Of a stretch of DNA of 64,000 nt, positions 55,275 to 64,000 are shown piece after piece. The position numbers and the translations under genes are program-made. The notes under the pieces are model-generated. The model searched no databases and was not told where the DNA came from. It saw only the letters and a list, made by a program, of their open reading frames with translations. Each line of letters begins with the position of its first letter. Position 1 is the stretch's first letter. Origin of the DNA: a virus; IMG/VR virus record IMGVR_UViG_3300010158_000061, positions 7,534 to 71,533 of that record; one strand, 5' to 3'.

Positions 55275-57206
55275 TCACCCTTCGATTTTAGGTTTAAGAA
55301 CATCAGTAAGCAATTGCCCAAGAGCAATGTTGTTATTAGCAATCTTTTGAAGTTCTTTGTTTACAATACTAAATTTATAACTTGGATCAACATTCATTTG
55401 TGCTTCCAAGCTGAGTTTGTTCCATTCATTGGATGCAGTATCAATTAGTTGTTGTATTCCGCTCTCAAATAAGCCTTTGCGAGCTTGTGCTTTTTCTTCA
55501 GCAACTGCATCGTACTGCTGTTGCGTGATTGTTTGTTGATTTGTCAAAGCATTTATTTTTTGATATACTGAGTCAAATGCTGTTTTGGTTTTTAATATTA
55601 AAGTTACTAATTCTTTAAGAGCCGCTTGGTAGGTACTCAAGGCTTGAGTTCTTTGTTCTGACGACAAGGCATAATATGAGCCAGAGTAATCAGGTGTGGG
55701 TATCTTGTCGTCCCCAAGCACACGATTGCTTGCGGCATCTACTGTGGCTCTACCCACTGTGTCTGCGGCTGGCTTAGGCACATCTTGTTGTTTGAATGCT
55801 GTGGGTATTTTTGTGTTTACTAAATTCACAGCAAATGCTCCATCTCGCACAGCACTAGAAAATTCTGCTTGTACTGCACCTGTAGCGTCTCCAGGAATAG
55901 GCAAGCCTTTGGCAAATGCTTCCGCATCAGGCAAACTTTTGGCTGCATTCAAACTCATTCCGGCAATACCCTGACTTGATAACTTGTCAATTGGTATGCC
56001 TACAGCACCCATGCCTACTACGCCTTTGGTCATTAAGTCTTGTTGTATTTGACTTTGCTTGCCGGCATTGCCTAACAAATCACCAACACTTTTAATGCCG
56101 TCTTTGCCAGTCCATACAGCAGGACTTTTTACCACATCACTCAATGCCGATAATCCAAACTTGGCACTGGATCCAGGTTTAACATATCCAGCAGTTTCAA
56201 GTTGTCCCACATTCAATCCAAATGCTCCAAGTCCTTTGGTGTCACTAAGATCGTAAAACCCTTGTCCTGTAAGATTTTTTGCTTGTGCCAACACACCATT
56301 AACTTCGGGCACACTCATAGGCCCTATTGGGGCCAATGCTCCTGCGCTACTGGTAATTTTTGAAAAGTCTGCTATGTTGATGGGACTGGTTACTGCCGAT
56401 GCAGTAATGTTTTTGTTGATAGTTTGTATGGCCGTTACTGCAACTGATCCCCGAGCACCCGACGCACCAGTTAATGCTGTACCCAGGGATGATCCTGTGT
56501 TGCCTCCCAACGCACCTGTAAAGGCAGATACCGCGGGACCAACCATGGCAGTAAGTCCCGGTGCAATGCCGGCCAGAGATCCACCAAGGGCTCCGCCCGA
56601 TGCGCCCAAGCCTGCGGCTACACTACCAATCACACCACCAAATGCACCGGCACCGCCATTGATGCCGCCCTTAGCAAACGCTGAATCCACTGACGGTATT
56701 CTTCCTGTTGAAAGATTAACACCAGAAGATGACAAATTGGATGCAAATGCACCCAGACTACCGGTTGTGCCTGATTGGGCTTGTGCCAGTGCGGCTTGTG
56801 CTGATGGCAATCCGTCTGCGGCCTGGGTAGCCGCACTAAGAGTTTCGCCAGGTGTAAATCCTACTAGTGATCCAGTGTCGGCTTGTTTCTTAAAAATTGC
56901 AAATGCTTGCTCTCTAGTAAATCCCGGTGGGCCTTTAAGTGCAAATGTTTTTGCTGTGCCATCAGCATTGGTAGGTGCTGATCCTGTGGCCGGAACAGAT
57001 GTGGTATCTTCTGGCGGCCTTGCATAACCGGTGTCGGTTAAACTAGGTAACCCGCGACGTATGCGTTCAGCGTTGGTTCTGTCCCATATAATATAATCAT
57101 TGCCGGTGTATTTGAGGTCTTCATCTTTGGTCTTGGAATAGAGGCCAGATTCAAACTTGCCAACACTTGATTTAAGTTGATCTAAATTAAAAACAAATTC
57201 GGCCAT
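55275..57206 (-). CDS. baseplate-associated protein with Gly/Ala-rich segment and possible lysozyme-like domain
   Basis: GAFGL..GQLETAGYVKPG...WTGKDGIKS..DLL.N...Q recalls lysozyme-like domains; located between the gp5-like and gp25-like genes. Confidence 0.45.
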   Translation of the reverse strand: MAEFVFNLDQLKSSVGKFESGLYSKTKDEDLKYTGNDYIIWDRTNAERIRRGLPSLTDTGYARPPEDTTSVPATGSAPTNADGTAKTFALKGPPGFTREQAFAIFKKQADTGSLVGFTPGETLSAATQAADGLPSAQAALAQAQSGTTGSLGAFASNLSSSGVNLSTGRIPSVDSAFAKGGINGGAGAFGGVIGSVAAGLGASGGALGGSLAGIAPGLTAMVGPAVSAFTGALGGNTGSSLGTALTGASGARGSVAVTAIQTINKNITASAVTSPINIADFSKITSSAGALAPIGPMSVPEVNGVLAQAKNLTGQGFYDLSDTKGLGAFGLNVGQLETAGYVKPGSSAKFGLSALSDVVKSPAVWTGKDGIKSVGDLLGNAGKQSQIQQDLMTKGVVGMGAVGIPIDKLSSQGIAGMSLNAAKSLPDAEAFAKGLPIPGDATGAVQAEFSSAVRDGAFAVNLVNTKIPTAFKQQDVPKPAADTVGRATVDAASNRVLGDDKIPTPDYSGSYYALSSEQRTQALSTYQAALKELVTLILKTKTAFDSVYQKINALTNQQTITQQQYDAVAEEKAQARKGLFESGIQQLIDTASNEWNKLSLEAQMNVDPSYKFSIVNKELQKIANNNIALGQLLTDVLKPKIEG

Positions 57207-57207
57207 G

Positions 57208-58728
57208 TTATTTTGCCTCGATTTCTACGCCAGCTGGTACTGGTTCTGCGCCAGGTGGTGGACTAGGTTTGCCTTCTTCAAATACAACTTTAACATCCAC
57301 TCCCTGATTGTGATAGGGATAAGGTTCGTGTGTGGGTGCTCGACTAACAATACTTTCGATCCCTTCTGTTTTTACAGTCCATCCTGCGCTAGTGTCCCAC
57401 TCAGTGTCATCAAGCAAGGTTGTGGTTAGTGGCTGCGGAGTCGCAACTTCGTCTGCGGCAGGACCGTTAAGATCAATGCCGCCTGCTTCTAATACCAGTG
57501 CAGATCCTGCACCCCATGAGCCTGATGAACTGTTTAGCGTTAATGTTCCGTCGGATTTGACGCCAATTGTATTTTTACTATACAATGTAATGTCTTCTTG
57601 GGCTTGTACACTTAAAAATGTATCAGTTTCCAACTGCATGTCTTCTTGGCTTTTCATTTTTAAATAACGTCCGGCAAACATGTTGATATCTCTGTCAGCA
57701 TGCAAGTTGATGTCGCCTTTGGTGCGTATGTTTACACTGTTTGTGGCATACACATCTACTGTGCCTTCTACTCCAAATTCAATCCAGGTTTGTCCGTTGG
57801 CATGGACAATGTAAAAGAAATTACCACTATCACTCATGGTAATCTGATGCCCTTTGCTGGTACGTAATCTCAGCATGGCATTTTGTCCAGTAAGATCTCC
57901 GTCATCCATCACAAGACTATGCCCGCCTACTCTTCCAATAACTTGCGCTTGACCCGGAGTGATTTCACCAGAATTTAATTTTGTACGAATGTCATTGGGC
58001 TTCATGCCACCTTGATAGATGGGTGTACCAGGAGTGCTAACTCCAAACACAGCACTAGGGGTTTCGCGCTGACTTGAGCTTTGTATAGTTCCACGTTCAA
58101 TGTCGTTGATTAGGCCTTGTTGAAGCAAGGCTTGTGCTAGATAACTGTGTACCGGTTTAGTTTGATCAAAAAATCTTGGATTGTTAAAAATTTCTGCGCT
58201 ATTGGTATTAATTTCAGTCACCGGCAATCTTGAAGCATTAGCAAAATATGTTTCTTGATTTTGATTTTGCACTTTTGCTTGCGAAGCAGGAACCGATGCT
58301 ATAGCAGGAACCATGCTACCCAGTCCTTGATCAGGCACTACACCAATATAAAATCCCTGGCTTCGATCACCATTTACAAACACACACAACACAGTTACTC
58401 CCACGTCTGGTGGAGTAAACCACATGCCGTAACTGTTTTGATTTCCAGGATAAGATCCAATATTACCACTATCAGCTTTGCCTTGTAAGGGAGTTGATCC
58501 ATAAAAAGGAGGCATGTAGCTTACTGTGGTCCAATTGCTTTCGTCCTCCATGTCCGCTTTAGTACCAGCGGCAAATATATCAATGTACACTCTAAGACGT
58601 CCAGCCCGTGTAGGATCAACAGTGCTCATGACTATGCCGTAGAATGGTCCAAATTCTGCAGGTACACCACCACGATCTGGTTTGTAGTTACTGGGCCGTC
58701 CTCGACTGCGTTGTACACTTTCTGCCAT
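57208..58728 (-). CDS. baseplate central spike, gp5/VgrG-like
   Basis: OB-fold DPTRAGRLRVYI...SYGMWFTPPDVGVTVLCVF; GHSLVMDD..LRLRTSKGHQITMSD; beta-helix repeats; C-terminal PTHEPYPYH. Confidence 0.85.
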   Translation of the reverse strand: MAESVQRSRGRPSNYKPDRGGVPAEFGPFYGIVMSTVDPTRAGRLRVYIDIFAAGTKADMEDESNWTTVSYMPPFYGSTPLQGKADSGNIGSYPGNQNSYGMWFTPPDVGVTVLCVFVNGDRSQGFYIGVVPDQGLGSMVPAIASVPASQAKVQNQNQETYFANASRLPVTEINTNSAEIFNNPRFFDQTKPVHSYLAQALLQQGLINDIERGTIQSSSQRETPSAVFGVSTPGTPIYQGGMKPNDIRTKLNSGEITPGQAQVIGRVGGHSLVMDDGDLTGQNAMLRLRTSKGHQITMSDSGNFFYIVHANGQTWIEFGVEGTVDVYATNSVNIRTKGDINLHADRDINMFAGRYLKMKSQEDMQLETDTFLSVQAQEDITLYSKNTIGVKSDGTLTLNSSSGSWGAGSALVLEAGGIDLNGPAADEVATPQPLTTTLLDDTEWDTSAGWTVKTEGIESIVSRAPTHEPYPYHNQGVDVKVVFEEGKPSPPPGAEPVPAGVEIEAK

Positions 58729-58731
58729 ATA

Positions 58732-61700
58732 TTATCCCCCGTCTCCTGCAATTTTCTGTGGTTGAGATCCACGTCCTACAGGGCCTGCGGCGGCCGCGGC
58801 CGCATTAATTCTTGCTACTACTGAATTCAATTTAGGCGGTCCTGCTTGCACCGTTTCTGGTACAGCATTTATAGTGTTGCCGGCTCCGTCTGTAGGTGCA
58901 CCTGGTGGTGCGGCATTTTTTAATGCCCACACAGTTCTAGCATCAGTTGATTCACGTTGATTTCCTGATGGTAATGCACCAGTAGCTCCGGACGACACTT
59001 GTTGAGCTCCCAGTATGGCTGCTGAGTATTGGGTGCTCCGTGAGTCAGTTGTTGCATTATTTTGTATTCTTCCTGTCAAATTTGTATTAGTACGTGCCGC
59101 AATAGCATTAGTTCGGTTAGCAAGAGCATCAGAAATGCCCGATTCATCAAAGCCGTCTCGATCTTGCAACGAACTAGCTGGACTGGCCACGCTAGTCACA
59201 GACGAGGATGCTTTCACTGTGTTACGTTTGCCAGGTACCGGAAATAGATACAAGGTACCTTCTAAGGTCTGTTCAAACCGGCCTTGTCTAAATTCACTAA
59301 CAACTTTAACAGCTGAATATATTCGACTCTGTATGGGCTGTCGTGATGCATTGGTATTGCCACTATATCCACCGCCGTAAGGATCAGCTAGGCCGGTGTC
59401 AATATTATAATCTTCTGGACGTTGCCAGGCAATTTCAAACATGACTTGTCCACTATCAAATGCGATACTGCCATCATCATGAAATCCTGTTGAGTCGCCA
59501 ATTTCAGTTTCGCCTACTTTGATTTCTCTAAACAAACTGCCTTGTTGTATCCAATCAGGATCGCCGATAATTTTTACCTTGCAATTGGCCAGGTCACCGG
59601 GACTGAACAAATAGTCAGCGGCATTGGCTGCTGGTTCATTAAGTCTAGTATCTGACGATCCTTGCGTACTTTGTCCGCTGACCACTGCATATTGATATTT
59701 TGCAATATCTCGCATGCTGGAAGTGGCGCTTTCACGTATTTTAGCATTCCAACTGTTTTTAGGATCACTACCACTCACTGTGATACTGTAGAGACCGTTA
59801 AGTGTTTCCTGGTAATCTAATACCGCAGTGTTTCTTCCAGTAAACCAATAAGGATAACTTTTGTGTACTCCAGCAAATCGACTGACTGGAAAATACTTGC
59901 TGTCAAAATTTTGCAATCTAAACGGCTTAATGGTATATGTAATGTCATATGCATAGTCATTGCGTTTGGGATCAAGGTCTCCTCTTGGCACAGCATTCAT
60001 AATAATATTAAACCATGTCATAGGACTATTTCTTTTGTTAGGATCTGGAATTTGGTAACCGTCAGCGTTTTCTTTTACCAAGGCTTGATCTAAGATATAA
60101 GTGCTGTTACGAATGGCTGTGTCAATCACTTGCGTGATCATTTGTCCTGCAGTGATGCTGAAATTTCTTGATGCATTGTCTACTGCTTGTTTCATAGGAT
60201 CAAGATTGTCAGGATTACCAGACGGTCCAGCAAGTGGTTGAGCAGCCGGAGTTTGTTTTTGATCTACTTTTCCGGTGTTGATTGAAATTTTTGCATTTTC
60301 AATTGCCGATGCTGGGATGTCTGCACCGTCAACAAACTTAATAAAGTATCTGTCAGCTGTGGTGAATATAGGCTCGACCTGACCTGGACCAGTTTTGGTA
60401 AGGGCGTCTTGAAATTCTGTCAAGGCTCCCATGAGTCCTTGGGTAACAGTTTTTCTAGCAGAAGCTGCCGCGGCTGCATTTGGCGGTGCAACTGCACCAC
60501 CTGGTATGTCTCGATCTTCATCAGCGGCTCGAATAGCATTTTCTCGAGCTTGTGTGGTTGTGTTTCCTGGAGTAGTTGCTTTGGATTGAGCAGTAGCATA
60601 TTGAACATCATTGCCCAGCAACTTGCCTATACTAGTACTAGACAATTGTACATCGTGTGGCACCGCACCACGTGCGGTGTATCCGCCAATCAGGTGTCCT
60701 TGCGGGACACAATCCCACTCATAGGTAACCATTTTATTACTGACACCCCAGTTAATTCCTCCTAGTTTAAATGGTATGAATTTTTCTACTATTGCTTTGC
60801 TGTTTGTGGTGCCAGTAACATCACCAGCACGAATCTGTGTTGGGTTACCGTCGGCATCATAACCATAAAATCTTATCACGGCAAGATAATCAGCTGCGGT
60901 GTAATTTACTTTGCCACCAGGTGTTTTTTGCTGTAGGTTGGCCACAGCTGAATACAAGTTATCAATCAATGTAATACCATTAGGTTCACAAACTGTTATT
61001 TTCATCGTGGCTGTCATGTGGCTAGCACCAGTAGCTTTGCCTAACGGCAAAGTATCTAGTATCAAAGAGTCTATATAGTAGTCGTTAGGAAAAAACGGAT
61101 TGCGCCCACTGTCTGCACCAGAAATATTTGTGGTGGTTCCCATTCCATCTTTTGAGCCGCCTACATTGAGTCCTGCTCCGCCACTCTGAAACAACAAAAA
61201 ATATCCATCTATTTTTTTAGTTTTGCTACGCAACAGTTGTTCGTATTGTCCAGACGACATCAAATACACACTAATAGTATAAGAGTAGCTGGAATATTGA
61301 TCTAGTGGATTGTCTCTAGGCGTAATTTTAAATGTCGACTGTGCTTTGTTAACCTCAGTTTGTGTGGTGGTGGTTGATTTTTGCGCATTGTCGTCATTGG
61401 TTGGCGTACCGGGATTTGTAGTTAAATCAACTCCTCCAGGAATGCCGCCAGGATCATACAACTCACCATTCTCAGGATTTTTTCTAAGATTAGACAGTGT
61501 GCCGTCTTCAGCTCTGACATTGAGACCAACTGCGTATCCGTTGCCGTTGTAGCCAGTGCCAGTGGCCTGAGTTTGTTCTGTGGTTCGTACTGGTGCATTT
61601 GTACCTGTAGTGACACCTTGAGTATTTTCTAACGTAGCAGGCGCAATAGCATTAGTGGGTGTTGTGGTATCAGGAGTGTTTAGAATTCGTCCATTATCAC

Positions 61701-61974
61701 GTACTGTTTGTTGCGCTGGTTTTGTGGGACCTTGTGGCCCGTCTTCGCTGGCAGCAGTGGCCGCAGTAGCAGGCGGTGGGGGTTGATTTGCATTTATTTG
61801 TGCTTCAAGCAATGCAATCTGTCCTGGAATGCTAGAAACTTCAGCGGCATATCTTGCTAGTATCGCCTGATTGCTTTGCAAACTTTTATTGAGAGTAGCA
61901 AGTCCGTTTTGTGCAATGCGATACCGTTCTCGCAGTCGAGCAATTTCTGCTTGAAGTTCTGTCGCTGTTGCCAT
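58732..61974 (-). CDS. baseplate hub protein (gp27-like), 1080 aa
   Basis: NPLDQYSSYSY, EPNGITL, IIGDPDWI, SEFRQGRFEQTL; position between the gp53-like and gp5-like genes. Confidence 0.6.
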   Translation of the reverse strand: MATATELQAEIARLRERYRIAQNGLATLNKSLQSNQAILARYAAEVSSIPGQIALLEAQINANQPPPPATAATAASEDGPQGPTKPAQQTVRDNGRILNTPDTTTPTNAIAPATLENTQGVTTGTNAPVRTTEQTQATGTGYNGNGYAVGLNVRAEDGTLSNLRKNPENGELYDPGGIPGGVDLTTNPGTPTNDDNAQKSTTTTQTEVNKAQSTFKITPRDNPLDQYSSYSYTISVYLMSSGQYEQLLRSKTKKIDGYFLLFQSGGAGLNVGGSKDGMGTTTNISGADSGRNPFFPNDYYIDSLILDTLPLGKATGASHMTATMKITVCEPNGITLIDNLYSAVANLQQKTPGGKVNYTAADYLAVIRFYGYDADGNPTQIRAGDVTGTTNSKAIVEKFIPFKLGGINWGVSNKMVTYEWDCVPQGHLIGGYTARGAVPHDVQLSSTSIGKLLGNDVQYATAQSKATTPGNTTTQARENAIRAADEDRDIPGGAVAPPNAAAAASARKTVTQGLMGALTEFQDALTKTGPGQVEPIFTTADRYFIKFVDGADIPASAIENAKISINTGKVDQKQTPAAQPLAGPSGNPDNLDPMKQAVDNASRNFSITAGQMITQVIDTAIRNSTYILDQALVKENADGYQIPDPNKRNSPMTWFNIIMNAVPRGDLDPKRNDYAYDITYTIKPFRLQNFDSKYFPVSRFAGVHKSYPYWFTGRNTAVLDYQETLNGLYSITVSGSDPKNSWNAKIRESATSSMRDIAKYQYAVVSGQSTQGSSDTRLNEPAANAADYLFSPGDLANCKVKIIGDPDWIQQGSLFREIKVGETEIGDSTGFHDDGSIAFDSGQVMFEIAWQRPEDYNIDTGLADPYGGGYSGNTNASRQPIQSRIYSAVKVVSEFRQGRFEQTLEGTLYLFPVPGKRNTVKASSSVTSVASPASSLQDRDGFDESGISDALANRTNAIAARTNTNLTGRIQNNATTDSRSTQYSAAILGAQQVSSGATGALPSGNQRESTDARTVWALKNAAPPGAPTDGAGNTINAVPETVQAGPPKLNSVVARINAAAAAAGPVGRGSQPQKIAGDGG

Positions 61975-61977
61975 ATG

Positions 61978-62277
61978 TTAGAACCCCAGGGCTGATTTCA
62001 GCGTTGTGATTTTTGGAAGATATATTTGTGTGCCAACTGTAAAATCCAATGGCGGTGCTTGTAGTGTATTAGGATTGCGTTGGTAGAACACCCACCACAA
62101 GTTGGCAGTTGAATACAAGTCGAATGCCAACAGGTCCGGCCTGTACTGATAGGTGGTATTGATAGTAAATTGCAAGTCGTCATCCTCTTTGGGAATAGGA
62201 CGATTGACCATAACATCAAGATAAAATTGTGCGTACCCTGTTTCAAAATAAGGACTGGTTGAATCATAAGTGGCCAT
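61978..62277 (-). CDS. baseplate wedge protein, gp53/LysM-like
   Basis: YQYRPDLLAFDLYSTANLWWVF..RN...DF..G..IYLP. Confidence 0.8.
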   Translation of the reverse strand: MATYDSTSPYFETGYAQFYLDVMVNRPIPKEDDDLQFTINTTYQYRPDLLAFDLYSTANLWWVFYQRNPNTLQAPPLDFTVGTQIYLPKITTLKSALGF

Positions 62278-63998
62278 TACCAGAATCCTCCTCTAAGCAA
62301 ATCACCACGAGCAAAGCCTTTGAGACTAAACTGTTTACTAACTTGGCTACGTGTTTGTACAGGTATCAATGTAATATCTATTTCCATTTTAGTTGGCACA
62401 TAACTGGCCGGTGTTGTGTTAGTAACTGCCCCGTATGGGCCTCTTGACATGGCGTCTAAGCCAACTCCCGAATCAAACGCTCCAGTTTGTGCACCTTTGG
62501 TTAATCCACCCGGTATTGCGTTCTTTAATCGATTCCATCCAGCCAAGCCGCCAGCAAGTGGCGCGGCTGCTACTGGGGTTGATCTATTGGCCAAACTAAT
62601 TCCAAAATTATTAGGGTTGTTTGCTCTTATGTAGTCAACTTCATTGGGTAAGGTGTAATTAAACGCCGACACCACACAAGGATGATTAGAGAATTGTAAT
62701 TGTCCAAAACCATTCAAATAACATATAGGTGGTGGCGTGCCACGTTCAGCATCTTGTCCATAAAACATTTTAGTAACTGAACGGAAAAAATGTATTACTG
62801 CCAACAAATAATTTGCTTCTGTAGTATCTTGTGCTGTGAATACCCCACGTATGGTGATGTCTCCTACTCGACTGTTTTTATAAAAAATACCACGATAGTT
62901 GGAATGGGTTAAATCATATTGTTCATAATTTGCACTGTAAGTTGTGGAGATTTGCGGAGTATACGGAAACACCACACCCTCGGTTGCGGCTAACGGTGCC
63001 AAAAGACCGGGGGGGTTTGCAAGATACAAATATTGTGCATTAGGGCTAATGCTTAATCTTACTCTCCAGTCACCATTGGCAGGTTGTTTGAAACGTGCTT
63101 GGTACGTGGCCTGGTCTCGAGCCATTTGTGCCATTGCGGCTTGTTGTGAACCTTGTTCTTGTGCGGCAAAAGCCGCATCAGTTCCAAATTCAGATCCTGC
63201 CGCAGTGACTCCGCCTACCGCAGGATCTTGGGTGGCATCAACTGCGGCAGCATCATTACGCTCACCTTGTGCCGCCGCCAAAGCATCAACATTGGCTGCG
63301 TCATTGCGTTCGTTTTGTAAATCTTGGGTGGCATCAACTGCGGCAGCATCATTACGCTCACCTTGTGCCGCCGCCAAAGCATCAACATTGGCTGCATCAT
63401 TGCGTTCGGCAGCGGCTGCCGACGGATCTTCTAATGCACTGACTTGTGTAGGTGCATCGCCACCCTGTCCGGTAATTTCGTATGCATTGGCATTGGTTTG
63501 TGCCACGGCTTCATTGTATTGAGTATTTTTTTCCAACACAGCAACACGGTCATTGTTTTGATCAATTACATTTTGATTCTGATCAATAGCGAGTGCCTGT
63601 TGAGCATTGTTGGCTTCTAGTTGTGCTCTACGTGCATCGCTAATGTTGGGATCAGCCAATTCAGTGTTGTTTATAGCAATGTTAGTTTGTGCATCTAGAA
63701 TATATTGATCAGCCGAGGCATTTGCTTCATTGGCATTTTGTATTTCAATTTTATTTTTTGCAATTTCGGCGGTAGCACCTTCGATATTTTTTAAATTTTG
63801 ATTTCCTGGAGATGTTGTTGCTGATAGTTTGGCCGCATCCGCTCCCAGTTGTGGATCAAATGGATCGCCATTGATCAGTGTAGGGCCTGCTGGATATGTA
63901 GTAGGTGGTACACCTGCAATGGGCATACCAGTCGAATCAACTGGGTTGCCTTGTGCATTAACAAAACCGCCATTGCCATCGGAAGTACCCAAGGTAAA
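62277..63998 (-). CDS. tail tube initiator/baseplate protein (gp48/gp54-like) with long N-terminal low-complexity extension; probably 5'-truncated
   Basis: VVFPYTPQI..YSANY...THSNY...FYKNS.V.DI.I.GVFTAQ...HFFRSVTKMFYG...PPP; frame open to the window edge. Confidence 0.7.
   Translation of the reverse strand, partial: FTLGTSDGNGGFVNAQGNPVDSTGMPIAGVPPTTYPAGPTLINGDPFDPQLGADAAKLSATTSPGNQNLKNIEGATAEIAKNKIEIQNANEANASADQYILDAQTNIAINNTELADPNISDARRAQLEANNAQQALAIDQNQNVIDQNNDRVAVLEKNTQYNEAVAQTNANAYEITGQGGDAPTQVSALEDPSAAAAERNDAANVDALAAAQGERNDAAAVDATQDLQNERNDAANVDALAAAQGERNDAAAVDATQDPAVGGVTAAGSEFGTDAAFAAQEQGSQQAAMAQMARDQATYQARFKQPANGDWRVRLSISPNAQYLYLANPPGLLAPLAATEGVVFPYTPQISTTYSANYEQYDLTHSNYRGIFYKNSRVGDITIRGVFTAQDTTEANYLLAVIHFFRSVTKMFYGQDAERGTPPPICYLNGFGQLQFSNHPCVVSAFNYTLPNEVDYIRANNPNNFGISLANRSTPVAAAPLAGGLAGWNRLKNAIPGGLTKGAQTGAFDSGVGLDAMSRGPYGAVTNTTPASYVPTKMEIDITLIPVQTRSQVSKQFSLKGFARGDLLRGGFW
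63225..63408. repeat. 96-nt-period tandem duplication (88 nt, 1 mismatch)
   Basis: 63225-63312 versus 63321-63408; encodes ERNDAANVDALAAAQGERNDAAAVDATQD twice. Confidence 0.92.
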
Positions 63999-64000
63999 GC

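Noticed and set aside
34139-63522. Plus-strand ORFs opposite the structural genes (e.g. 34970, 56374, 62944)
   Set aside because: They are antisense shadows of repetitive Gly/Thr/Ala-rich coding sequence with no start signals or protein motifs.
33122-64000. Bacterial T6SS/eCIS or eukaryotic giant virus origin
   Set aside because: T4-like baseplate gene order, TAAATA late motifs, thyX and dense phage-style gene packing fit a large myophage better.
1-64000. tRNA, rRNA, introns or inteins
   Set aside because: Almost no intergenic space, and no cloverleaf, splice or intein motifs noticed by eye; a covariance search was not run.

Overview
This window is part of a large, AT-rich T4-like (myovirus, probably jumbo) bacteriophage genome using the standard genetic code. 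It has two blocks. The right half (33.1-64 kb, minus strand) is a contractile-tail baseplate and fibre module: gp48/54-like, gp53-like, hub, gp5/VgrG-like spike, gp25, gp6, a 4832-aa giant baseplate protein, and tail-fibre-like proteins, several preceded by TAAATA late-promoter-like motifs. The left half (0-33 kb) is an unusually large sugar/small-molecule tailoring locus next to thyX. It holds ten radical SAM enzymes with an N-terminal Twitch/SPASM-like Fe-S domain (three subfamilies of three plus a singleton), a NodU/CmcH carbamoyltransferase, an amidinotransferase, a DegT/StrS aminotransferase, an NDP-sugar epimerase, two sulfotransferase-like proteins and about eight glycosyltransferase-like proteins. 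The best candidate for an undescribed system is this phage-encoded radical-SAM glycan-tailoring pathway, whose enzyme set parallels aminoglycoside chemistry and which abuts a fibre gene dense in N-x-S/T sequons. I also found three micro-ORFs missed by the ORF track, three sigma70-like promoters (two apparently leaderless, one embedded in a terminator with a T8 spacer tract) and one GT-like gene split by an in-frame TAA. All family calls come from motif recognition by eye; no searches were run.
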